From Basidiobolus meristosporus CBS 931.73 (Eukaryota; Fungi; Basidiobolomycota): a DNA stretch of 64,000 nucleotides. The position numbers and the translations under genes are program-made. The stretch is taken from NCBI GenBank assembly GCA_002104905.1, contig MCFE01000222.1, positions 59,402 to 123,401 on the forward strand, read 5' to 3'. Of the stretch, positions 1 through 11,713 are shown one piece after another; the first letter of the stretch is position 1, and every line of letters begins with the position of its first letter. The notes beneath the pieces are model-generated. The model was given only the letters and a program-made list of their open reading frames with translations. It did not search any database and was not told the origin of the DNA.

Positions 1-233
1 ACTTGCAGGTTGGTTTTGTTTTTGATATCATCTTGGTTCTTGCTAGTGGGAGGGGTATCGCCAGTTTTGGGTGAACTGTTTCCTTTGGCGCTTTCCATAT
101 GCATTCTTTTGTTCTCCCCTTTGGGCAAACTCCCTCGCGCATATTATTTGTACCTATATCAACTAAAATCTCCTCTAATAAACTTTGAATGTATCCCATG
201 TCTTCCTCTATCCTTGTCCTGGTAATTGTTTAA

Positions 234-3200
234 TCACACTTCGGTCTCAGTGATGATCGGTGGATCATCATGAAACGGTTTCAGATGGGCTGGTGCTATG
301 TTGCTGATTGTCTTATTATTCAGGGTGATGGTGTACTTTGGTCCGTGGTCCGAACTGATAACGGTGCATGGGCCAATCCATCGGGGTGTAAATCGTGGGC
401 GGAACTTGAGGCCTGCAACGGTTTGGTCGTACCACACCTTATTGCCTGGTTTCCACTTTTGTCTCGTTAGTTTCTCATTTTTGGGTGGAGGGGGAAGGTG
501 CTTGTCAACATTTTCAAATACTTTTATGTATAGGTGGGCGATACGGTGTATCAACCTTTCTATATAGTTGTTATGTGTCGTCAGGGGGACACCTTCCATT
601 GTCAATCCAGCTTCCTCCCGCCACTTGGGTCTTTGTCCATATAGGATTTCATATGGGGAGAAACCCGTCGTTTTATTTGGTGTGGTGCGCATTGCTAGGA
701 GTGTCAGTGGGAGCAGCTCAGCCCATGATTGGGGAAGTTCCCAGTGAAGCTTCTCCAGTATGCGGCAACACGTCTGGTTCATCCTCTTGGTTAATCCGTT
801 AGTCTGGGGGTGATACGCGGCCGTGAAGACTTGTTTCACGCCCATCATTTTGCACAGGTGGGCCACGGTGTCGTTCAGGAAGGAACCACCATTGTTGGAC
901 AGGAGTATCTGAGGATATCCATGTCGGCAGATGAGGTGTTCTAGAATGAATCGGGCGGTTGTCTTCTGATCTTTATTGCGGATGGCTTGGGCTTCTACCC
1001 ACGTTAAGAAATAATTGGTAGCAATTATTATGTATCGTTCTCCTTTCTTCGTTTTCATAAAGAGGCCAACAAAGTTGATCCCTACTCGGTGGAAGGGCAG
1101 GTCAACCGGTATTGGTGCGGTTGTCCCTATCTTCTGACTCCGGTTGAATCTTTTGCAAGTGGTGCATCTTTGTAACGTATTTGTAACGTCGGTCATCATT
1201 TTTTGCCAATAAAACGTTTTTCTTAACATCTTATATGTCGTTAGGGGGTTAGCGTGTCCTAATGACATATGTCTTTCTTGTATGATTTCTTCACGGGCTG
1301 CTAGTGGGGGTACCTCGGCTCTGGACTGTCCTTGGAGGAACCATAATTGATTTTCTTGTACTTCGTACTGACACCATTTCCTTGGAAATTCTCTCTTCTG
1401 TTTGTTTGTAACGACATGTTTGGGATACCTCCCTTTCTTTTTAAAGCAGATTACGTCCTCGTACTCATCACTGACACGTATTTGGCAAACGGGATAGCAA
1501 CTGAGGAAGTCTGCGTCCTGGTGTTTCTTGCCAGCGCGGTGAATTATTTCAAATTTGTATTGCTGTAGTCATAGGGCCCAACATGCTAGTCAGCCGGTAA
1601 AGTCTTTAGTTTTCATCAGCCAGACCAGTGCGCTGTGGTCCGTTACTATCGTGAATCGGCGACCATGTATGTATGTATGGAATTGTTTAATTGAATAAAC
1701 AACAGCCAGACATTCTATCTTGGTAACGGGGTAGTGGCGTTTGTGTTTGTTTAGCGAACGGCTCACGTAACCAATTGGGTGGAATTTGCCGGGTTGGTGG
1801 TATTGTCCCAGTATGGCGCCTATACCGGTGAGGCTTCCATCACAGTTAATAAAAAATCTTGCATCCCAATTGGGAAATTGTAACACTGGCGGTGACGTCA
1901 GGGAATGTTTCAGCTGATCAAATGCTCTCTTTTGAGGCTCCGACCATACAAAACACTGGCCCTTTTGCGCCAATTTGTATAGGGGGGCTGCTATTGTTGC
2001 GAAGTTTTTGACAAAGCGGCAATAGTAGCCGGCTAATCCTAGGAATTCCAACACTGCATTAATGTCCTTTGGTGCAGGTGCATTTTGAACGGCTTTCAGG
2101 AGTGACGTAGATGGGTATATTCCATCTGCCAAGATCTTGTGGCCCAGGAACAACAATTTTGTATACAGGAAATGGCACTTCTTGGGATGTAGTTTGAGTT
2201 GGTTCTCAAGGAGGGATGTCAGGATACATTGCACGTTGTGTATATGTTCTTCTACATTGGGGGAATATATCGTGATGTTGTCCAGATACACAAGGGCGTA
2301 TTCCCATCGTAGATTTCCTAGCACCTTGTCGATCATCCTTTGGAATGTAGCGGGGGCATTGCACAAGCCAAAGGGTAGTCGGTTCCATTCATATAATCCA
2401 AACAATGTTATAAAAGCGGTTTTGGGTTGATCTTCCGGGGCTACTTCTACTTGCCAATACCCGGAGATTAAGTCAAGAGAGCTAAAATATTTAGCTCCGA
2501 TTAATCTGTCCAAGAGGTCGTCTATTTGCGGTAGCAGATACACGTCCTTCCGGGTGACGGTGTTCAATTTCCGGTAGTCGATGCAAAAGCGTTGCTTTCC
2601 GTCTTTCTTCGGGACTATCACTACGGGGGAGGCCCATGGAGACTGGCTCTCTGTAATGATGTCGTCTTTTAATAAAGTTTCAATCGTCTCTTTGATATAG
2701 TCTGTGTCAATTTTCGAATTCCTATAGGCTTTTTGCTTGATGGGGTATTTGTTGGCGAGGTGGATTTGGTGATATACCCCAGGTATATGACCAATTACTT
2801 GGTTCTTAGAGAATACTTGGGCAAGAGGACGTATTCCTTCTAGGAATTTGTCTCGTAACGTAGGCGGTAGACCGGGGTCCACATCTAGTTTGGGGAGTTC
2901 TTCTTCTGGTTCTTTGTTTGGAGGTGGTCCTTGGTCGTTTCCGTTGACTTCCTCTAAGTTTAACAATGGCACTCCTCTAGGCAATGTCACCGTGTGTTGC
3001 CCGTTGTTAACCACTAAGCATTTCAGGCTTTGCGTTTCAAATTTCGGTGGTATCCATACTTTAGGGATTGAGATTCCTTCCAGTTGCTTGGATGCTTTCG
3101 CTGCGGTTATCATTCTTCCGCTCGTTGAATAAGCTATTGGTGTTTCTAATGAGATCACTGTCTCACTGGCGGGTGGTATTTTTATCACCTTTTGTGTGAT

Positions 3201-4849
3201 GATCGGAGGCTGCGACGGTTTCACCTCTTTGATCGTCACACTGTTGCTATGCGCCTTGCTCTCATCGGTGATATGAATCAGTGGGATACTCTCGGTATCC
3301 CACCTGAGTTCAGATGCACTGTAAAGTATATCCATCTTATGTTGGATAAACCAACTCTCGCCAATGAGTAAGTCGTTGGCTGCGACGGGTAGGACCACGA
3401 CATCTTGGCGTATTATCAAGTTGCCTAGCCAAATGGGGCAATTAGGCACCACACCTACCGTTGTATCCAGTTGGTCATTTGCTAGCCGTACTCAAATGGT
3501 GTTGTTGGGGACTATATTTAGTTTTAGACATTTTGCTAATGACTCTGACATGATCAACATAGAGGATCCTGTGTCAATAAGGGCAAGAATCTCCTTATTC
3601 TCTATACGTACCTTTAAGTATGTACCTTTATTCGGTTTTTGCAGGACCGTCTGGTTGACATGGAGGGTTGTTATCTCCTTCAATCCCTCTATCAGTTCCT
3701 TGACTAGAGCCGGGGCCAGTCCCAGTAAATTGGTTATTGGGAGGGTTGCCTTGGTTTGCTCTAGTACCTTCATTATGGGGAATAGGCCATGGGAAGACGT
3801 GTTAGTGTTCTTTGTTTGCTTTAACACTTCTTCCCAAGGTTCATTCCGTACTTCTTCACCTAATTCCGCGCTCTTTCCTTTTGACGGAACCTCTACTACA
3901 GGTTCCTTCGCCTCCTCTCTAGAAGCATCATGTTGACGCTTCTTCTTCCGCACTTTGATTGTCCTGACCAGAGGGCTTAGATTGACTGAGTCCCGTTGGC
4001 CTCCTGGCAAGGGACTCTGTCTTTTGACGCCTTCTTCTCTTTTGTGTCCGGTACGGCTTCTCTTCCGTACCGTTTTTCACATTCATGGGCCCGGTGACCT
4101 ACTTCTCCACACACATAACACGGATACTGTTGTTGCGGTCGTTCCATCTGTTGGGTCAGGACTTGAACCTGGGCCTTTAGATCTACAACAGCTTCCCAGA
4201 GTTTATCACCTTCTTTGGGGACTTCTTGGACATTGTTGATTGAGAGTTCTTGGACCTTTCGCCGTAATTCCTCTAACTCACGGTCTTTTGGGGAGGCGAT
4301 TTTTCCTTTCTTACGGGGGATCCCTGTCCTTCGATCATTTGTATCACTATAGGGTAGCCCCCATAGCAAGATGACCCCTCGTACTCGTTTGACCAACTCT
4401 TGCAATGTTTTACATCCCTGTTGTTCTTCGGACGCCCTACGTCTTATTTCGTCATCTAAGCCCATGATGTAATACCTCATGAGCTGTTGTTTGGCGATTT
4501 TGTCCTTCGGGAGACATCAAACTCGTTGGAGAAACAGTTCAGTGTAGGCTTCATAGCTTTCACTGCTTTTCTTCCGCAAGGACAGTAGAAGGGCTTTGTA
4601 GTGGTATCCTTTGGCATATAGAAAGCGTGTCTTGTAGGCTTCTTCTAGTGCATCCCAGTTGTCTTTGACTGCGTCTTCCAACCCATAATGCCATTGCCAT
4701 GCTGACCCTTCCATATGTCTTGCGAACTCTCTTACTTTCTTATCGTTGTCCCATCCTGCATCAACCGCAACTCTCTCAAACTTATCAAACCACTCAAGGG
4801 CTTTCTCTCTCTTTCCCTTGTATGTTTTTAGTTTGATTGTAGTAGTCAT
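234..4849 (-). pseudogene. gypsy gag-pol, inactivated by in-frame stops and catalytic substitutions
   Basis: ORF pieces 4517-4849, 3977-4480, 3492-4010, 1590-3452 and 234-1268. In-frame TGA at 4517, 3492 and 1590 sit where Arg (CGA) would fit. RT YLDD reads YLDN; integrase D,D,E read N,N,K. Confidence 0.9.
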
Positions 4850-4869
4850 TACCTCACTTGTGCTTATTT

Positions 4870-4886
4870 CCGCAGAGACGGCACCA
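4870..4886 (-). promoter_or_regulatory. primer-binding site TGGTGCCGTCTCTGCGG (possibly tRNA-His)
   Basis: Starts with TGG 4 nt after the LTR end. tRNA identity is inferred only from the ...GGCA-CCA 3' end typical of eukaryotic tRNA-His. Confidence 0.6.
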
Positions 4887-4890
4887 AATA

Positions 4891-5278
4891 TGTGGGTTAT
4901 TACTGACTGTACTTGGTGAGTGGGAGAGCTTGTAGGTCAAGTCAGTACCACTTGGTTCAGAATAGCTTCCAATAGAAGGTAGCAAGGTAATAAAGACTTC
5001 TGTTTATTTCGTCCAAATCTCGTTGTTCTTCCTGGTTCAATTGGGTAGATATATATATCACTTGGGGGGGGCTTAGACAATAGACAATGTGTTATAAAAT
5101 AGGGGTGTGAACACCTTCCTGTTATGGTAAGTGTTCTAACTAGATAAGGGCAGGGATAGGAGGGGAGGACGTGTGGGGGAATCATAGGGAGGGTACTGGA
5201 GGACTTCGGGTAGGACTCTGGAGGGAACTCTTGGGAGAACTCTTGGGCGAAGAGTGGGTACTACATTGAGTACTCACA
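4891..5278 (-). repeat. gypsy 5' LTR (388 bp, TGTGAG...CCCACA)
   Basis: TG...CA ends with short terminal inverted repeat, directly upstream of the PBS. Its 3' part recurs in opposite orientation at about 10580-10710. Confidence 0.85.
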
Positions 5279-6883
5279 TACCCCATCAAGCAAAAAGCCT
5301 ATAGGAACTTGAAAATTGACATGGACTATATCAAAGAGACAATTGAAACTTTATTGAAAGATAACATAATTACAGAGAGCCAGTCTCTGTGGGCCTCCCC
5401 CAATAGTCCCAAAGAAAGACAGAAAGCAACACTTTTGTATCAACTACCAAAATTGAATGCTGTCACCTGGAAGGACATGTATCCACTACCGCAAATAGAC
5501 AACCTGTTGGACAGATTAATTGGAGCCAAATATTTTAGCTCTCTTGACTTGATCTCTGGGTATTGGCAAGTAGAAGTAGCCCCGGAAGATTGACCCAAAA
5601 CCGCTTTTATAACATTGTTTGGATTGTACAAATGGAACCAACTACCCTTTGGCTTGTGCAATGCCCCTACTACGTTCCAAAGGATGATCAACAAGGTGCT
5701 AGGAAATCTACAATGGGAATGCACTCTTGTGTATCTGGATGACATCACAATATATTCCCCAAGGTAGAAGAATATATACACAACATGCAACGTATCCTGA
5801 CTGCCCTCCTCAAGAGCCAACTCAAACTACATCCCAAGAAGTGCCATTTCCTGTATAAAAAATTGTTGTTCCTGGGCCACAAGATCTTGGCAGATGGAAT
5901 ATACCCATCTACTTCACTCCTGAAAGCCGTTCAAGATACACCTGCACCAAAGGATATTAATGCAGTGTTGGGATTCCTAGGATCAGCCGGCTACTATTGC
6001 CACTTTGTCAAAAACTTTGCAACAATAGCAGCCCCCCTATATGAATTGATGCAAAAAGGCCAGTATTTTGTATGGTTGGAACCTCAAAAGAGAGCATTCA
6101 ATCAGCTGAAACATTCTCTACGTCACTGCCAGTGTTACATTTTTCCAATTGGGATACAAGATTTTTTATTAACTGTGATGGAAGTCTCACCGGTATAGGC
6201 GCTGTACTGGGACAATACCACCAACCCGGCAAATTCCACCCAAATGGTTACGTGAGCTGTTTGTTAAACAAACACAAATGTCACTACCCTGTTACCAAGA
6301 TCGAATGTCTGGCTGTTGTTTATTCAATTAAACAATTCCATACATACATACATGGTTGCCAATTCACAATAGTAACAGACCACAGCTCACTGGTCTGGCG
6401 GATGAAACTAAAGACTTTACCAGTCAACTAGCACATTGGGCCCTCTGACTACAAGAATACAACTTCAAAATGACTCATTGCGCTGGCAAGAAACACCAAG
6501 ATGCAGACTTCCTCAGTTGCTATGCCATTTGCCAAGTACATGTCAGCAATGACTACAAAGACATAATCTGCTTTATAAAAAGAGGGCAGTATCCCAAACA
6601 CGTTGTTACAAACAAGCAGAAGAGAGACTTTTGAAAGAAATGGTGTCAGTACAAAAGACTTGTTCCGTTGGATAGTGCCACATAGTGCCAGCCTGTTTAT
6701 GGTGCTGGATTGATCTGGCACCCTACGGCACCATCTGGCACTATAATTTCTACCATGATGCCAGTGGTATGATACAGTTACTGGTAATTTTACTCAATCT
6801 TACTTATGTTGCTCAGAATAGTGCTTTTCTTGCTTTATTTACTCTTCATAATGCTCTAGACACATTTCTCTCAGTGGATGTCT

Positions 6884-7723
6884 TCATGTATGAACATACT
6901 GTGCATTAATAAGTATCTTAACTATTTTACCTATTCTGCTGTTTTCTCCTATATATGACTTTCCTCTGTATTTACCTGCCAATATGCTGAATCTCTTCAG
7001 ATATCCAAATGTGTGCTCTACCCTCACTCTGAAATGACTAAATATCTCATTGTAGAGCTTCTGCTTCCTGCTAAGCACACCATTTCTTGGCTTCCTATAA
7101 GCTGTAATACATCCTAATCTCTGACAATCCTCTCCTATATAGGCTAAGTCTGCCATACATTTCTCCCCTCTACTGAATGCAGGATGATTCTCTACCCAGA
7201 GTGCTTTGTCATGGCTACTTCCAGCAAATGGCCCACTAAACCAGATGATGTTACCCTCAATGTCAGACAGTGCTTGAAACTTCCCACAGTGTGCCTTGTA
7301 CTTGCCAGAATAAAAGTGTCTCTGCCCTCTAGAAGGTCTGTTAATCCTCACTGGGAAGGTATCCAAAATACTCCTGATATGGAACCTGTTGCTGAACACT
7401 CTGGGATATGGAAGTCTATTGGAGCTTCTGAGCCTAGTATTCCAAGCTTGCTCTAAGTCATTCATACCCTCTGCAAGGTGGTTCTCCATTGCTTTCAGCT
7501 GGGAATGAAAGCTTCTAGGACTTTTGTTGCCATGGATGGTGGGATGAAACCTTGTAGGGCAATAGTTCTTGTAATAGCAGAGAAGCTTAACAAGGGATCT
7601 CTTTGAGTAGATTGGGGTTGATGGTCCACAGTACTTGGAATAGATCTCCTCTAGTGGGTCAAAAGGAAATCTAGTGGTAGTGATGGGATTGATGAGGAAA
7701 GACCATGCAGTTGAGTAAGTCAT
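6884..7723 (-). CDS. DDE_Tnp_4-like transposase (PIF/Harbinger/ISL2EU group)
   Basis: Motifs LDTFPVRINRP, FYSGKYKAH..KFQ, SSHD, ADLAY, YN......RVRVEHTFGYLKRF. Confidence 0.85.
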   Translation of the reverse strand: MTYSTAWSFLINPITTTRFPFDPLEEIYSKYCGPSTPIYSKRSLVKLLCYYKNYCPTRFHPTIHGNKSPRSFHSQLKAMENHLAEGMNDLEQAWNTRLRSSNRLPYPRVFSNRFHIRSILDTFPVRINRPSRGQRHFYSGKYKAHCGKFQALSDIEGNIIWFSGPFAGSSHDKALWVENHPAFSRGEKCMADLAYIGEDCQRLGCITAYRKPRNGVLSRKQKLYNEIFSHFRVRVEHTFGYLKRFSILAGKYRGKSYIGENSRIGKIVKILINAQYVHT

Positions 7724-7985
7724 ATTAAAATTGGTGGATGATTGTATGGAGGCGGTTTGAATTGATTTGGCATGATCTGCGTTATATATCTGATTTTTAA
7801 TACATTATGGTTAAATCTCCATCAATTGCCATGTATCTCATCATTATGTTGCAAAAATCATCCGCAAACAATGCCTTGGTACTTTTATTGATGCTTTAAT
7901 CATAGGTCTATAATCAAATAGGAAATCTGCAATTGATGTGATCTGATCTGTGTCAACGCAATCCAAGATGCATCATGCATAATAT

Positions 7986-9329
7986 ATGGAAAATTCAACA
8001 ATCACATTAGTTTTCATATATATTTCATATAAGATCAGGTTGATGCCAATATACTGCTGTATAAGTATCCTAGTCCGTTGCTATGGTCCCCATACCAAGC
8101 CTCAACTCATCTTTAGTACAACCCAGACAAAACCCATCCCCCAGCTCACAAGCGCGGTCCGGACCGGAAAAGTCAATGTTGGATCCTTTGAGTTCTTGCC
8201 AAATAATATTAGTATGGCCCAAGTGTCTATGATGAGCCTTCATACAGATATTTGGGCACTACTGATTAATCTAGCAGAACTAAATACCTCAGAGAGTTGA
8301 CAAAGATGGAAGAATTTGAGTAGAAAGCTGTGGCATGAGTTCTACATCAAGATGCCAGCCAATGTATGTAAAAAGATATATAACAAGACAAGTATTGAAA
8401 TCAAGAATGAGCTGAGAGTGAGGGGATTTGACAAAGAAGCTGCGCAGGAACAATTTTGCGCGCAATTTGCACAGTACGGGCCAGACGTGTCCATTAGTGC
8501 CTCAACTTTGGGAACCAAAGAGATTTTGAATGAGTTTTTGCCTCAAATGACTAATATACTACGTGATATATTAGTAGAGCTAAGTGGCTTCTCAGAGCAA
8601 TATACACAGGACTCATCCAGGCAACAGCTCCAAAGTATCAGCCAGAGGGTAAGTGAATACCTTGAGGAATCAGATGGTGAGCTTCAGGAGGAAGAATACA
8701 GACCGTAAGCAACATTGTCCAGATCATGCCAGCACCCCTTGCTGGATTCCCTGCCATCTCTTGCAACCACAGCACGCCGGTGCACGTCTGTCCAGACCAT
8801 GCCAACACCCTTCACCAGAACGCCCCGCATTGAGTCAACACGTGTTGGGTCAACGCAAGTGCTTCAGAGCAAAACTACAAGAACTTGCCAAGCTGCTCAT
8901 TTAGTCACAAGTCCATTGGAGCGGACCAAGTCACATCAACATGCAGCATCACATTGAACTCAGCCAAGGGCCATCTCAATGCGTCAAGGCGCACCTGCAT
9001 GTGCCATTTTGCCTGACCATCAGCAAGTTACTTCTGATGAACTGACTGATGATGACCAACATGAAGTGCCTCAACCACCGGAGCCCTTAGCAAGTAAAAG
9101 AACGCGTCAGCACGTGGCACTACAGGCCGGTTCAGGTGGTTCAGTTGGAGCAATTCAGCGCGGCTAAGCTGCAGCATTGCACTCATCAACTAGGAGGCAA
9201 AATACTGACTACAAATACACAAGTAGCCAAGATGATAGTCAGCCAGGAAGTAGTATAGGTGTGCAAAGTGAGTCACTACCAAATGCTTCAGTAGTAATCC
9301 CTGTGAGAAAAAAACCCAGGAGAAGATGA
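7986..9329 (+). pseudogene. second (accessory) ORF of the Harbinger-type element, broken by four in-frame stops
   Basis: ORFs 7986-8300, 8316-8708, 8715-8957, 8979-9167 and 9168-9329 are all in one frame. Contains QRWKNL (Myb/MADF-like fragment) and ends in RKKPRRR. Confidence 0.5.
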
Positions 9330-10710
9330 TGCAATTGCTGTGAATTGCTCACATACGTAATGATCCCAACAACCCATTTTTTTTGCAATCCAAATTAAGC
9401 CATTGCAAATCAGTGATCATCAAATTTTTGATATAAATAATATCAAGGTTGTCTCACATTTGAGACAGGACCCCTATAAATAAACACCCTGCATATATAT
9501 ACGTCATCTGTAATACCAGTGCAGCTATTGGATCTGTTTTGCACCTACACAATTGCTTGCGTGCTAGCTATGACACCTTGTCCAATCACTAGGATCAGGG
9601 ATTTACTTGCTCAATGGGCAAAATGAGATATTTGATGGCAAATCAGGTAGCTTTTTCAGTAGTCAATGAGCCAATTGGAGGCTGCCACCTTCAGGATAAT
9701 TTTGGACCAATTAACCACTGAGATACCGTCCAATTGGAGTTAGGGTAACCAAAATGGTAAGTATCAGTGTGGTTTATAGTGTAATACACACTTATTTCCA
9801 TTTACATTAAAGAAATATATCCAAATACCGGATTTTACCTGCCATAATGGCGGTATCCAATTGCGCATGTGATGCAAACATTACAAGTTGGCGTGATCAT
9901 CCGTGCCAACCTAATTGTGTCAGATTGTGCCATAGTGTGCAAGATTGTCCCGCATAGTGCAAAATTGTTCAAGAACAATCCTGCTTTCTGGTAGCTATAA
10001 TATTGCGCCTGATTGTTCTTTACAACTGCGGATTGCGCCACACGCCCTGGCACAGTATGATGGAACAAGTCTAAAGTACAAGAAAACCAATTATGGTTCC
10101 TCCAAGGACAGTTCAGAGTTGAGGTACCCCCGGTAACTGCCCACAAAGAAATCATACAAGAAAGACATATGTCATTGGGACACGCTAACCTTCTAACAAC
10201 ATACAAGATGTTAAGAAAGATGTTTTATTGGAAAAAAATGATGTCCAACGTTGTGAATACGCTACAAAGATGCTCCACCTGCAAAAGATTTAACCGGAGT
10301 CAAAAGATAGGGACAACTGCACCAATACCGCTTGACCTACCTTTCCATTGGGTAGGGATTGACTTTGTTGGGCCCTTTATGAAAACAAAGAAAGGAGAAC
10401 AATACATAATAATTGCTATCATTTACTTCTCAAAGTGGGTAGAAGCTCAAGCTGTCCAAAATAAAGACCAGAAGACAACCGCCTAATTCATTCTAGAACA
10501 CCTCATCTGCTGGTATGGATATCCTCAGATACTCCTGTCCAACAATGGTGGCTCTTTCCTGAACAACACAGGGGACAAGAGGATTTGGACAAAATAAACA
10601 TAAGTCTTTATTACCTTGCTACCTTCTGTTGGAAGCTTCTCTGAACCAAGTGGCACTGACTTGACCTACAAGCTCTCCCACTCACCAAGTACAGTCAGTA
10701 ATAACTCACA

Positions 10711-11606
10711 CTGGACTCTAGGGCTGATACAAGGCCCTGAAACTTGTCTATCAGGCTATTCAGGATTGTAATTATCACATCCGCATCAGTAGTTAGTATG
10801 CCCACAGATTCCATTTCAATTACCAGCAGGGTAATTCTGTTAATTAGATTTTTCATTTCTTCTCCTGGCTGCATCTTTGTGGTAAATAATTTTGGTCTCA
10901 GATACATCTTCTTGGCAGCTGAACATGACTGGTAGGTGTCTTCCAATGCTTTCCAGGCATTCTTTGCTGTTTTTGCTCTTGAACATTGAATCAGCAATTT
11001 GTCTTTAACATTAAGGCAAATGCAGTTAAAGGCACTTGGTTCTTTCTTCTGGTACTTTAAGGCTTCCTCTCCCAAGTTTGTAGGAGGGCATTCTTCTCCT
11101 GTGACAATATCCCAAAGGCCTCTTTCTTGTAGCAGCATCTTCATCTTGACCTTCCACACTTGGTAGTTAGATCCATCCAAATATTTTCAGCAGAGGGAAA
11201 AGTTCCAGTAATAGCAGTAGTACACATTGCAGAGAGTGACAGCTTGGGGCTCATAGCCTGTTGTAAGAGTCCTGGTGATATTTGAAGTGATTTGGAGGAC
11301 AAGTAGATTATGTGGTCTTCACATGATGATTTATTGAATGTAAAAGTAGTATTTATACTTTTACATGGTCTTGGCACTACAAACATGTAGAGTAGATCAA
11401 GAAAGGTCCCATGAATATGTGTGCAAAGTTTGAGGCTGTTTGGAAAACTTTGAGAATTTTCATGCTCTAGGTACCTGGTATTTTGGTGAGAATATTCCAA
11501 GTAAATACCAACAAGGAATTTGGTCAGTATTCTCTAGCATTTGAGGATAATGATCTAAGTGACTATTTTAGGTGAATATTTAGGTGGAATTACAAATTTT
11601 ACAACA
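10711..11606 (-). mobile_element. truncated Ty1/copia copy (5' LTR 11259-11606, PBS, gag N-terminus)
   Basis: LTR is the reverse complement of the 11714 LTR family. Gag ORF 10695-11180 (DGSNYQVWKVKMKMLL) matches the 12068 polyprotein. Confidence 0.85.
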
Positions 11607-11713
11607 GAACCTTCTTATTTGAAATTTCTTGATATTATATAAAAGTTCTTCAAGGTGTGTAAAGTGTTGAGATGCTCCAGAGTCAGTATACCACATCTGA
11701 GAGTCCTTGTTTG

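Larger units (their letters stand above)
1..5278 (-). mobile_element. Ty3/gypsy LTR retrotransposon (5' LTR, PBS, gag-pol; 3' end lies beyond the left edge of the window)
   Basis: Domain order on minus strand is gag with CCHC knuckle (CYVCGEVGHRAHEC), protease (LIDTGSS), RT ([23 protein letters not shown]), RNase H, then integrase. Integrase after RT/RH is the gypsy order. LTR and PBS present. Confidence 0.95.
6656..10072. mobile_element. PIF/Harbinger-type (IS5-related) DNA transposon, 3417 bp
   Basis: Perfect 11-bp TIRs AGACTTGTTCC (6656-6666) and GGAACAAGTCT (10062-10072), 3-bp TSD AAA (6653-6655 and 10073-10075), DDE transposase inside. Confidence 0.85.
5279..10710 (+). mobile_element. 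older degenerate copy of the same gypsy family (RT-RH 5279-6655, integrase 10073-10570, partial 3' LTR about 10571-10710), split by a DNA transposon
   Basis: Frameshifted RT/RH ORFs 5309-6431 and integrase ORF 10169-10486 match the minus-strand element. Sequence is continuous across the 6656-10072 insertion (...GTCAGTAC AAA | AAA GTACAAG...). Confidence 0.9.
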
